A DNA stretch of 39,983 nt from NCBI GenBank assembly GCA_029262975.1, contig JAJCYJ010000440.1, positions 1-39,983 on the forward strand. The letters are read 5' to 3'. The notes under the pieces were generated by a model. That model had not been told where the DNA came from. It worked only from the letters and a program-made list of their open reading frames with translations, and did not search any database. Origin of the DNA: Saprospiraceae bacterium (GTDB taxonomy: Bacteria; Bacteroidota; Bacteroidia; Chitinophagales; Saprospiraceae). Position 1 is the first letter of the stretch. Every line of letters starts with the position of its first letter. A program made the translations under genes and the position numbers. Below, piece after piece: positions 10,022 to 18,723 of this stretch.

Positions 10022-10759
10022 ATGACTGTAAAAGACAGAGTAGCAATCGTTTCGGGTGGATCTCGAGGAATAGGGCAGGCCATTGCCGAATTATTTGCGG
10101 AGAAAGGGGCCAAAGTAATCATATGGGATGTTCTTGATGCAGGTACTGATGTTGCCAAATCGATCACAGACAAAGGGCAATCTGCAGAATTCATGAAAGT
10201 CTCAATAACCGAAAAAGAAGCAGTAGAACAAGCTGTAAAAAATGTGGTCGAAAAATATGGGACGATAGATATTCTAATCAACAATGCTGGCATCACAAGA
10301 GATAAAACGCTTCTGAAGATGAGTGATGAGGAATGGGATTCAGTTATTAATGTCAACTTAAGCGGCATATTTTACTGTACGCGAGCAGTAGCACCTATTA
10401 TGAAGGAAAAGGGTTATGGTCGTATCATTTCAGCTTCATCTACGACTGGTCTTCGCGGTAATTACGGGCAAACGAATTATGCGGCGACCAAAGCAGGTGT
10501 GATAGGAATGACGAAGACCTGGGCTCTTGAATTGGGGAGATATGGAATAACCGTAAATGCGATAGCTCCGGGATACACACAGACACCTATGACGGATGCT
10601 ATCCCGGATAATTTAAAAGAAATGGCGAAGCATAGCATACCTGTAGGATTTTTAGCAGAGCCAAAAGATCTCGCAGTAGGTTACCTCTTCCTGGCGTCGG
10701 ATGAAGCCCGCTTTGTTACCGGTATTTGTCTTCCAATAGACGGAGGGGCGACTCGTTGA
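10022..10759 (+). CDS. Short-chain dehydrogenase/reductase, FabG-like
   Basis: SGGSRGIGQAIA cofactor motif, NNAG, catalytic YAATKAG. 245 aa. Confidence 0.9.
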   Translation: MTVKDRVAIVSGGSRGIGQAIAELFAEKGAKVIIWDVLDAGTDVAKSITDKGQSAEFMKVSITEKEAVEQAVKNVVEKYGTIDILINNAGITRDKTLLKMSDEEWDSVINVNLSGIFYCTRAVAPIMKEKGYGRIISASSTTGLRGNYGQTNYAATKAGVIGMTKTWALELGRYGITVNAIAPGYTQTPMTDAIPDNLKEMAKHSIPVGFLAEPKDLAVGYLFLASDEARFVTGICLPIDGGATR

Positions 10760-10787
10760 TCATATGAGCCAGAGTTAAGCTGTACCG

Positions 10788-11204
10788 CTATTCTATGAAT
10801 GTGCGGATGTAATTGATCACGTGCCAAATATCTTCTTCGTAAGGTATCTTTTTTTCAAAGTTCGGCATATCATCTTTTCCAAACCGGGATTTGTAAAATA
10901 GTGCGCCATCGCTTTGAGCTTGAAATTCTTCTGTTGAGAAGTCCCCGCAAGGTGTATCTAATTGAGCGGCTTTTGAACCATCTCCAAGTCCTTCAGATCC
11001 ATGACAAGATTTGCAATGTTTGTTATAAATGGATTTCCCCATTTTCAAAGAAGCATTATCAGCTTTATGTGGGTTTTTCATTTTCTCATACTTTGCAGGT
11101 ACCACCCAGTCTGTGAATGTGAATGAGGAAGATCCACAAAGGAATAAAAACATTGCAAGTGTTAAAATTGAAAACTTTACTTTCATTTTGAAATTTTTTA
11201 TCAA
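10788..11204 (-). CDS. Monoheme class I c-type cytochrome (secreted)
   Basis: Signal peptide, single CKSCH heme motif and a distal Met candidate (DDMPNF). 138 aa. Last gene of the minus-strand redox cluster. Confidence 0.85.
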   Translation of the reverse strand: MIKNFKMKVKFSILTLAMFLFLCGSSSFTFTDWVVPAKYEKMKNPHKADNASLKMGKSIYNKHCKSCHGSEGLGDGSKAAQLDTPCGDFSTEEFQAQSDGALFYKSRFGKDDMPNFEKKIPYEEDIWHVINYIRTFIE

Positions 11205-11244
11205 GGATTAATTATTATTTTCAGAGTTTGGTATAAAAATGCTT

Positions 11245-12153
11245 TTAGAGTTGTCCAAGTCTTCTAATTTGAAATACTTCATATATTAGAAATAGTATAA
11301 ATCCCCATACAATTAGAATAAGAAGACTAATAGTTAACACAAGTGAAATAGGCGCATTCGATCCGGCTGACCACAATTCTCTTTCTAAATGTATTGTTGA
11401 AGAAGGATTTGAAACACCCCAATCGGTTGTACTCGTTCCGATAAGCGTTCCGAATTCCTCATGGTCCTCAACCTTTGCATAAATCAGTACATTACCTGAA
11501 GTATCACTCCTGATATCATTGGGGAAAATAAATGAGACGATCCCATTCTCATCAGTATATTCTGATTCTGCTATAGACATTAATCCAAACAGTCTTTTTA
11601 CATAGATGCCGACTTCAACATCAACGGCTGGGATAAGCTGACCTTCAGGACCGGGCCTTTCGACTAAGAATTGAATTGACCTAATTGAGTCTTCTTCTTG
11701 TGTTGTCAATTTTATTTTTGACCTGGTAATATCAATGATTTTTGATGCATCCAGCACGTATTTATTATCTTCTATTTTAGCTAAAAATCTATAATAATTT
11801 GATGTATCAATAGCCTTGTAAAAAGTATCAGGAAGTCCGTAATTGATGGCCCCGCTTTTATCAGTGATTGCAAACCCCAAATAATCCGAATTTTGATCAT
11901 CTTCAATGAAGAAATCTACCCTGACACCACGAACACCTACATAAGACCTATCCTCTTTGCTCTTGACAGTAGTCTTTAGGCGTGGCCCATAATTATTATA
12001 ATTAAAGTAATCTAAACTAATTCTAGCTTTTTTCTTTGCCTCGTTGCTCTGATCATTTTGACATATCAAAGCTGAAGACAATAAATAAAATGCGATTACC
12101 AGGCATGTTTTAATATGATATATTTTAATTGTCCAGGGCATCAATATGTTCAT
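11245..12153 (-). CDS. Periplasmic beta-rich protein with C-terminal TM anchor, unknown function
   Basis: N-terminal signal peptide. Two segments resemble carboxypeptidase-regulatory/transthyretin-like beta-sandwich repeats (VRVDFFIED...ITDKSGAINYGLPD; VDVEVGIYV...YTDENGIVSFIFPND). C-terminal TM (ISLVLTISLLILIVWGFILFLIY). Overlaps the NrfD-like stop by about 29 nt. Confidence 0.6.
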   Translation of the reverse strand: MNILMPWTIKIYHIKTCLVIAFYLLSSALICQNDQSNEAKKKARISLDYFNYNNYGPRLKTTVKSKEDRSYVGVRGVRVDFFIEDDQNSDYLGFAITDKSGAINYGLPDTFYKAIDTSNYYRFLAKIEDNKYVLDASKIIDITRSKIKLTTQEEDSIRSIQFLVERPGPEGQLIPAVDVEVGIYVKRLFGLMSIAESEYTDENGIVSFIFPNDIRSDTSGNVLIYAKVEDHEEFGTLIGTSTTDWGVSNPSSTIHLERELWSAGSNAPISLVLTISLLILIVWGFILFLIYEVFQIRRLGQL

Positions 12154-13516
12154 TTGTATTTAGAAAAAGTTGCTGACTATCTAATCCACGGTCTTCGGCT
12201 GTTTCCACAATAGGTATCACCGGTACGATTCTAACTAATAGAGTTATTATTAATAGTGATGCAGTCAGTGTGCCTATAGTAATCATCCATTCGGGCCCTG
12301 AAGGTGCGTAATGCAGCCAGGAGTCCGGGACACGCGTGGTAGGAATAAGCGGATAACTCAACGTAGGTACTACGATCAGGTATCTTTTAAACCAAGCCCC
12401 CACTATAATCACCATTGAGACGATAAATGCAATTAGTGGTTTTCTTCCTTTATTGAACATTAATATGATAATTGGAATGAGCATCCCACCAATCTGAACC
12501 GTCCAAAAAAGAGGAGCCATATTGCCACTGAACAAGTCGTGAAGATGTTCGCTTTCATGACCTTTCATTTTGTAAGCAGGAATAAAGTATTCATTAATAT
12601 TAAAATATAAATAGATTAAAGAAAGCATTAAAAGCAGTCTGCTCATATAATCAAAATGTTTCTCAGTAAAATGATCTTTATAATTATAGATTTTTTTAAA
12701 TATGAACATGGCACAAATCACACAAGCTGCACCCACCATAAAAGCGCCTGCTACAAAATATGGTCCTACACCAGTGCTATCCCAACCAGGCCTGAAAGTA
12801 GTTGCAAAAAGCCATGACGTTACCGTGTGTATACCAAAGGCTATCGGAATAATTATAATTGCAATGATTCTTATTGCTTTAGACAATATTTTTTTCTGTG
12901 CTTCTGTGTTTTTCCAATTTATTGAAAGGACACGGTAAAGCTTTTGTTGCCATTTTGGTATGCCCTTTAATCTATCACGCATAATTGCGAAGTCAGGGAT
13001 TAATGGTAAATACAGAAAAAGGGTGCTCAAAACCAAATATGTGCTGATCACAATCACGTCCCAGATTATGGGGGATTGAATTCGTGGATGAAAGATCAGA
13101 TTGAGCATTCTGTCAGGTCGACCCATATCGATGATGATCACTATACCCGCCATGATGATGGCGCTAACCGCTATTATCTCCGAAATTCTGGTAAGTGGAG
13201 TACGCCATTCCGCTCCTGTCAATTTTAATATGGCGCTGATCAATGAGCCAACAAGACTAATAGCAACGAAGAATACAAAGTTAGATACATAGATCCCCCA
13301 GGAAGTATAATCGCTGAGACCGGTTATTGACAGGCCTTGATCTAATTGTATCAAATAAAAATACAATCCAAGAAGGCTAAATATCAGAAGCCCAAAAATC
13401 CAGATCTTTCCTAATGTTCCAAATGGCCTTGGGTATAAATCATCTAAAAGGGATGTCACTTTTTCAGATGTGTTTATAGAATATTTGAGCTTGTCTTCTG
13501 TCTGTAAATCCGTCAT
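12125..13516 (-). CDS. NrfD/PsrC-family polytopic quinone-interacting membrane subunit (long, ActC/DsrP-sized)
   Basis: About 10 hydrophobic helices in about 463 aa. Sits directly after a TAT-exported FeS subunit. I chose the ATG at 13516, which gives TAA-C-ATG coupling with the upstream stop (13518-13520). The track ORF extends to 13561. Confidence 0.85.
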   Translation of the reverse strand: MTDLQTEDKLKYSINTSEKVTSLLDDLYPRPFGTLGKIWIFGLLIFSLLGLYFYLIQLDQGLSITGLSDYTSWGIYVSNFVFFVAISLVGSLISAILKLTGAEWRTPLTRISEIIAVSAIIMAGIVIIIDMGRPDRMLNLIFHPRIQSPIIWDVIVISTYLVLSTLFLYLPLIPDFAIMRDRLKGIPKWQQKLYRVLSINWKNTEAQKKILSKAIRIIAIIIIPIAFGIHTVTSWLFATTFRPGWDSTGVGPYFVAGAFMVGAACVICAMFIFKKIYNYKDHFTEKHFDYMSRLLLMLSLIYLYFNINEYFIPAYKMKGHESEHLHDLFSGNMAPLFWTVQIGGMLIPIIILMFNKGRKPLIAFIVSMVIIVGAWFKRYLIVVPTLSYPLIPTTRVPDSWLHYAPSGPEWMITIGTLTASLLIITLLVRIVPVIPIVETAEDRGLDSQQLFLNTNEHIDALDN

Positions 13517-13517
13517 G

Positions 13518-14435
13518 TTACTTGTTTCGAGAATACTCATCATCTTCAAATGGGAAGGCACGCTGCACCGGAGGCAAGTAATATACTCGCGGCTTGGTTC
13601 CTAAGTCTTCCATATACCGATAGCCAAATCTTTCTTTTAATAAATCACTGAGTTTTACTGTCTCTGTTCCATTTGAAACGGCGTCTTCATTTTCATCCCC
13701 AAAATAGAATACACCATTAGGACAGGCGGAAACACAATGCGGCATTTCTCCTTTTCGAACCATGTCAGGGCAGAAGTCACATTTGGAAACAGTTCCTTTT
13801 TTAGGCGGACAGCTGGTCTCAGGATCATATGGCATATTAAGAACCTCCAATGGCAGTACTGGTTCACTCCAGTCAAAACTTCGCGCGGAATATGGACAAG
13901 CTACCATGCAGAATCTGCATCCTATGCATCTGTCATTATCGATTAAGACGATACCGTCTGTTCTTTTAAAAGTTGCATCGACAGGACAAACTTTTACACA
14001 AGGAGGATTATCACAATGAAAACATGTGGTGGGTTGCCAATAGGGTGAAGCCAAATCATTGTCTTGTTGCTTTACAATCTTAAGCCAATCTTTTTCAGGA
14101 GTTAAATGATGCATTTTTTCACAAGCGTCATGACACTTTCTCAGATTTTTACATTGTGCCAGATCGATAACCATTACGAATTTTCTGCCTGGTATCCCTT
14201 CCCTTACTTTGGCCGTATATGTATTTGGGATAGGTTTTAAATAGGCTTCATCAATTTCTATAATCTCTCCATCGGGAGACAATAATTTGACTTTGTTCCC
14301 ACTTTCTAGTACATCATCCCGGTGAAAAATATTATCATTTTCAGTGGGAGAGGGAAAAGCCAATCCTGCAAAAAAACTCTTTTTCAAAAAGGACCTTCGG
14401 TTATTCTCGAGGGAGGCTTCGTTATTATTTGACAT
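13518..14435 (-). CDS. TAT-exported 4Fe-4S ferredoxin-type subunit (NrfC/DmsB-like) with an N-terminal extension
   Basis: Twin-arginine signal NRRSFLKKSFFAGLAF. Cysteine groups: CKNLRKCHDAC (atypical spacing), CFHCDNPPCVKVCP, CIGCRFCMVACP and CDFC...CVSACP. Confidence 0.9.
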   Translation of the reverse strand: MSNNNEASLENNRRSFLKKSFFAGLAFPSPTENDNIFHRDDVLESGNKVKLLSPDGEIIEIDEAYLKPIPNTYTAKVREGIPGRKFVMVIDLAQCKNLRKCHDACEKMHHLTPEKDWLKIVKQQDNDLASPYWQPTTCFHCDNPPCVKVCPVDATFKRTDGIVLIDNDRCIGCRFCMVACPYSARSFDWSEPVLPLEVLNMPYDPETSCPPKKGTVSKCDFCPDMVRKGEMPHCVSACPNGVFYFGDENEDAVSNGTETVKLSDLLKERFGYRYMEDLGTKPRVYYLPPVQRAFPFEDDEYSRNK

Positions 14436-14446
14436 CTTCAGTTGAT

Positions 14447-14713
14447 CTAAGATTTATTATTCTTTTTCTTTTCTTCTTCTATCCATTCTTTGAGCCTCGA
14501 ATTAGAAACTTTTCCGCTGCACATTTTATCGATGTATTTATTATCAATATCATATAGTGTCCCATCAGCTGAAATTAAACGGGTTGTCTTCTTGTTTTCG
14601 GGATCTTTTTTCACAGATCTATTCATAATCTCTATACCAGCGATGATACCTATGCCTCCGATAATTCCTTTATCCAAAAACTTTCGCCTGGTATTTTTTT
14701 GTTCTTTATTCAT
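14447..14713 (-). CDS. Small TAT-signal protein, paralog of the N-terminal extension of the adjacent FeS subunit
   Basis: ATG at 14713 gives MNKEQKNTRRKFLDKGIIGGIGIIAG (twin-arginine signal). The RLISADGTLYDIDNKYIDKM segment mirrors KLLSPDGEIIEIDEAYLKPI in the next gene. The track ORF starts at 14764 and would overlap the upstream gene. Confidence 0.6.
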   Translation of the reverse strand: MNKEQKNTRRKFLDKGIIGGIGIIAGIEIMNRSVKKDPENKKTTRLISADGTLYDIDNKYIDKMCSGKVSNSRLKEWIEEEKKKNNKS

Positions 14714-14729
14714 TATAGTTTGATTATAA

Positions 14730-15638
14730 TTAATAAACCCACATACGGGTGATATTAAAACCAATTAGAAAATTTTCGGTAAAGTTGTCCGTCCAGTTTC
14801 TTGAATTATAAAAATTATTCTCCTGTGGTAATATGCTGTTGCTGTTGCCTATGAACACTTGAAAGGCATGAGAACTGGTACCTATCTGTATGCCAAGACT
14901 AATGTTAGGGTTAGGATTATTTCTGACATGTTTAGTGATAGGCTGATCAACATTTATAATAAAATCAAGACTTTCAGTAAGCCCTACTTGGGCACCAAAC
15001 GCAAGTGCTATGTGGTCATTTTCCCTTGTTTCGCCGATAATATTATAATGTGAGAGACTGGGGGCTACTTGAAACGAAAACCAATCATTAAATTTTCTGC
15101 CTATAATGATTTGATGAAAGTAGGAATATCTGTCTGATGTGTTATAAATGACTTCTCGGTTTTCGGCAGGTCTTGAATCCAGAACAGCGTTTCCAAAGTA
15201 AGTAACTGACAAGGGTATGCTTCCACTTCGTGTCTGCTTTAAAACTGAATACTTAGCATTAACATCAAGCATATGTTTGAACTTGGTAAGTCCAAGACCC
15301 AGGGAGAGATTATCAATCGGTGTATAACTTAATCCCATTCTGATATTAGAATTGGAATAGAATCCATATAAGTCATCATATCCCTTGTTCAAGGTGCCAA
15401 ATCTGTGCATGATATCGAATTCAAACGTTCCTTTTACAGGTACATGGACTGTCTGGTTATCAATGAGCCATACGCTTTCAAAAACAGAGGTAACCGGTCG
15501 ATCTGGAGCAGGAGCGGATTCATCTTGAGACAAGACTGGTTGTATACCTGCGAGAAGAAATATTAAGAAGAGTAGAATATTGAATTCCTGCCAATTAGAT
15601 TTAACCCAAGTCATAATTATTGCTTTAGAATCTGACAT
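14730..15638 (-). CDS. Predicted outer-membrane beta-barrel protein (DUF5777-like)
   Basis: Signal peptide, alternating-hydrophobicity strands, aromatic C-terminus (NITRMWVY). The FEFDIMHRFG motif is one I associate with the DUF5777 barrel family. Confidence 0.65.
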   Translation of the reverse strand: MSDSKAIIMTWVKSNWQEFNILLFLIFLLAGIQPVLSQDESAPAPDRPVTSVFESVWLIDNQTVHVPVKGTFEFDIMHRFGTLNKGYDDLYGFYSNSNIRMGLSYTPIDNLSLGLGLTKFKHMLDVNAKYSVLKQTRSGSIPLSVTYFGNAVLDSRPAENREVIYNTSDRYSYFHQIIIGRKFNDWFSFQVAPSLSHYNIIGETRENDHIALAFGAQVGLTESLDFIINVDQPITKHVRNNPNPNISLGIQIGTSSHAFQVFIGNSNSILPQENNFYNSRNWTDNFTENFLIGFNITRMWVY

Positions 15639-15697
15639 TGTTTTTTCATTTTATAATTAGAAAGTCATTTTATTTTACATAATTCCGAATGTCCTAT

Positions 15698-16087
15698 TTA
15701 ATTATTAGGAGCTCCATTTTGTATCCAGGCTAAAATTAATTGCCGGTCTAATTCAGGTATTTGTGGTCCACCTGGAGGCATCGGATCCCCTCCTGGTAAA
15801 AATTCTACAGCTTTGTAAACACTACTATTTTGAGGTTGTGTAGTGTTCACAAATCCACTTTTTAACTCTGACCAGGCTCTCTCACCGAGCAGGTTTGGAG
15901 CCGTCGTTCCATCATGACAATTCGAAGTGCTACAGCTTTTTGCCATGATAGGAAGAATATGTGTGGAGAATGAAACGTCTTCAGGGTTTATAGGTTGTAA
16001 TGGAGGTGGGCTGTCGTAGTAGCAAGATTGAAAAATGGAAACTAATACTACACAGAGATAAACCATTATAATTTTCCAGTTATTCAT
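15698..16087 (-). CDS. Small lipoprotein with a PSCyt1-like (planctomycete cytochrome c-like) domain carrying CX4CH
   Basis: Lipobox IFQSC. CSTSNCH at codons 52-58 (nt 15914-15934). The rest, ...SSVYKAVEFLPGGDPMPPGG...LILAWIQNGAP, resembles the PSCyt1 pattern CxxCH...MP...WI..GA. Confidence 0.6.
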   Translation of the reverse strand: MNNWKIIMVYLCVVLVSIFQSCYYDSPPPLQPINPEDVSFSTHILPIMAKSCSTSNCHDGTTAPNLLGERAWSELKSGFVNTTQPQNSSVYKAVEFLPGGDPMPPGGPQIPELDRQLILAWIQNGAPNN

Positions 16088-16131
16088 AATTGGATATTGT
16101 TATTGTTTCTTAATGAATGTCCAGCCTGTAT

Positions 16132-16815
16132 TTATATTGATTTTTTAAATTGTCCACTGGCAATCACCTTTACATTATCAGCTATGTTTCCTGACTGAAT
16201 TCCAAATACTGTCTTTGCGGCGAATTCAAATTCAAGAATAAATCCTGCAACATTTAAAGGCGCATTTCTAACCCCGGAAGCTTCATCAAAGAATGTAGTT
16301 CCGACATAATTAAGTTTGCCTAATATAGGTGCTTCGACATTGTGGAAAGACATTACTCCTTCTACATCAAATCCTCCCCGATTGTCATGCGATATCTTTG
16401 TGCTTTGGAAGCTTGCCTCATCACTTGCAGCATCACCATCGACAATTCCAAATGTACCTAACAGGCATCCGGCGTCTCTGCCTGGTTCTCCAGTGTTAAC
16501 AGTCGACAATGTTACTTTGCCTGTTATTAGACTATTAGTGGGTGTCTTCTGATCAAAATCTATAGACATTTCGAAATCATTAAAACGTCCGGTAAGCAAT
16601 GCCGAAGAACCCAGGTAGGCTGTTTCCCACCTTACACTTGAATGTGTTTTATCAAAAGCATACCCGTCAGATACTTCGACAATATCATCTCCATATTCAA
16701 ATGTTGATTCTGAAATCTGACTTAAGGGGTCGTCATCATGTGTGCAAGATGATATTTCTGATAACATAAAAAGAATAGATGCACACATGCAGAAAACCAT
16801 GAATGAATTTTTCAT
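16132..16815 (-). CDS. YceI-like domain lipoprotein
   Basis: Lipobox (EISSC). HSSVRWETAYLG...LTGRFNDFEMSIDFD...KVTLSTVNTGEPGRD matches the YceI pattern (S.v.F...G.F..f...i.fd...Sv.Tg...RD). Confidence 0.8.
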   Translation of the reverse strand: MKNSFMVFCMCASILFMLSEISSCTHDDDPLSQISESTFEYGDDIVEVSDGYAFDKTHSSVRWETAYLGSSALLTGRFNDFEMSIDFDQKTPTNSLITGKVTLSTVNTGEPGRDAGCLLGTFGIVDGDAASDEASFQSTKISHDNRGGFDVEGVMSFHNVEAPILGKLNYVGTTFFDEASGVRNAPLNVAGFILEFEFAAKTVFGIQSGNIADNVKVIASGQFKKSI

Positions 16816-17540
16816 AACTTTTTGAATTATTTTATAATTTGATAATCATTTATTTCCACTCGGAAAATAAGTACAGAACTACTTGATTAGCATGACCAAT
16901 GTCATAAATTATTGTGATTTTAGTCACTTTGGTATGTCCTTAAATCACTTAATTTGATGTGGGACAGAAGCGTATGAAAAATTTGAGTTATTCAGGATGG
17001 ATAGCGGACCTTATATTGAAATTTCTATTCCTGGAAGTGCTTAATAGGATCAATGAAAAGCGTGATTTAATTGGCTCTTAGCCTTTTTAAGTGGGTTCTA
17101 ATGACTTAATGCTATTATAAAAATTTACTTATCTCTATCAAAATATGAGAACAGGTATAGTATATGCAGAATCAAAAGAAGCGTTAGGAAATCGAAATAG
17201 AGGGTGCGGGTGCTAGCTTTGCGGGCTGGTATTATTTCGAGAGCATTTTTTTGGTTCTTTTTTTTTTGCGTATGAAAAAAAATGAACGAATGTCAAGTGT
17301 TAAATTTAATTTTTTTATATACACTGCAAAGGGCGTAGAACCATTTAATTCACTATTGCTAAAATTATAAATTGCAGTAATTAGAAAACGACCCGAATGA
17401 TACAACTTGTGTTATAAGATATGATTGTCAGTGGAGAGTAAATCTAAAAGGTCCTTTATGGCATTAAAACTTTCTGAGGATAGAGTGAGGTCAGTTATCG
17501 GTTTTGGGGGAGAGAAATTTTAGAGCACGGATTATGGTGA

Positions 17541-17570
17541 TAAAAAAAGGTGACCATATAGTCACCTTTC
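17541..17570 (-). terminator. Rho-independent terminator of the 17601-18350 gene
   Basis: AAAGGTGAC (17546-17554) pairs with GTCACCTTT (17561-17569) across a 6-nt loop. The A7 run at 17542-17548 is a U-tract on the minus strand. Lies 31 nt past the TAA at 17601-17603. Confidence 0.65.
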
Positions 17571-17600
17571 GATAATTTCATAGCAATATTTTAAGATATT

Positions 17601-18350
17601 TTATTCGACTGTCATAATCAAACCATATATCTGAGCCATAATTCTATCTCGATCCTTTAAAGAAGGCTCAATATCCGGAGTCACGAGATCATCAGACCAC
17701 CTGGGTATTACAGCTTCGCTATATGTATCAAAATGGTCGACAGTGATAGCGTTGAAAGGAATGTCGGAGCCGGTCGGGGTTACGACTGTAGCAAGATTCC
17801 AACTTACAAAAGATGTTTTACCCTCTATAATCGCTTTGTTAATAAAAGGCTGCCAGGTTTCTTGTTCAAACTTCAGAAAGTTATCCATATTCGAAACGTT
17901 GGCATAATTCATTTTGGCATATCTTCCGTTACCCACACCTGCCGAAGCCTGTAGCTCAACTACAACCTGATGAATTGTCCGACCAAGTGTTGTTGTCTCC
18001 ATATCCTGAATCCGTATGTTTCGAAAAACTGAGGAAACATCCCAAATATCTTCGTCTAAACCATATTTGTCCTTGTAGACATTGACAAAAACAAAGTTGT
18101 GTGCATCTGCATTCAGGTCATAGCCTCCAATGCGTTGCCATAATTCCCATCTAAGCATTTTACCCTCATCTATTGCTTTCTTGGCGACTTGAGACCAGTA
18201 TGTCGTCTCCCGGTGAATGAAGTCTGCAATATTTTGTTGTGGAACTGCCCTATACTGTAATACGACTACCTGTGCTTCCAGACTGATAGTCAAGAACAGA
18301 CAAAAAGTCCCTATGCTAATTAGTTTTTTAAGTAAGTTCGTCATCTTCAT
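17601..18350 (-). CDS. Secreted hypothetical protein
   Basis: 249-aa ORF with signal peptide (LISIGTFCLFLTISLEAQ). No recognised domain. It has its own terminator. Confidence 0.6.
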   Translation of the reverse strand: MKMTNLLKKLISIGTFCLFLTISLEAQVVVLQYRAVPQQNIADFIHRETTYWSQVAKKAIDEGKMLRWELWQRIGGYDLNADAHNFVFVNVYKDKYGLDEDIWDVSSVFRNIRIQDMETTTLGRTIHQVVVELQASAGVGNGRYAKMNYANVSNMDNFLKFEQETWQPFINKAIIEGKTSFVSWNLATVVTPTGSDIPFNAITVDHFDTYSEAVIPRWSDDLVTPDIEPSLKDRDRIMAQIYGLIMTVE

Positions 18351-18723
18351 AGTTTTAAGTAATGTTTATAATTGCACCTTCATACCATGTGCCATCCATA
18401 TCAGTTCATTTCCTATTCAGCAAATGTGATTATGTCCTGCAAAATCTTATTTTCAATATAGCATTCCAAAAGCTCTATTCAAAGTATTTTAGAGACAGAG
18501 TCAAGAATTTTATTGAATAGTTTTGTCAAAGTGGCCAAATCCTATAAAAAAGTGGATATGAAAAATGATTACTTGTATTCTTTATGGAGAAGAACGGTTC
18601 TATGAACAAGGGGAAAAGGACATAATAAATCGCCTTCAGGCTGACAAGAGTGGCTTTTGTTGCATAATTTCAACCTGACCCCAGCCTTACCTGGAAAAAT
18701 TTATTAATTGATGAGCTTCTTAG

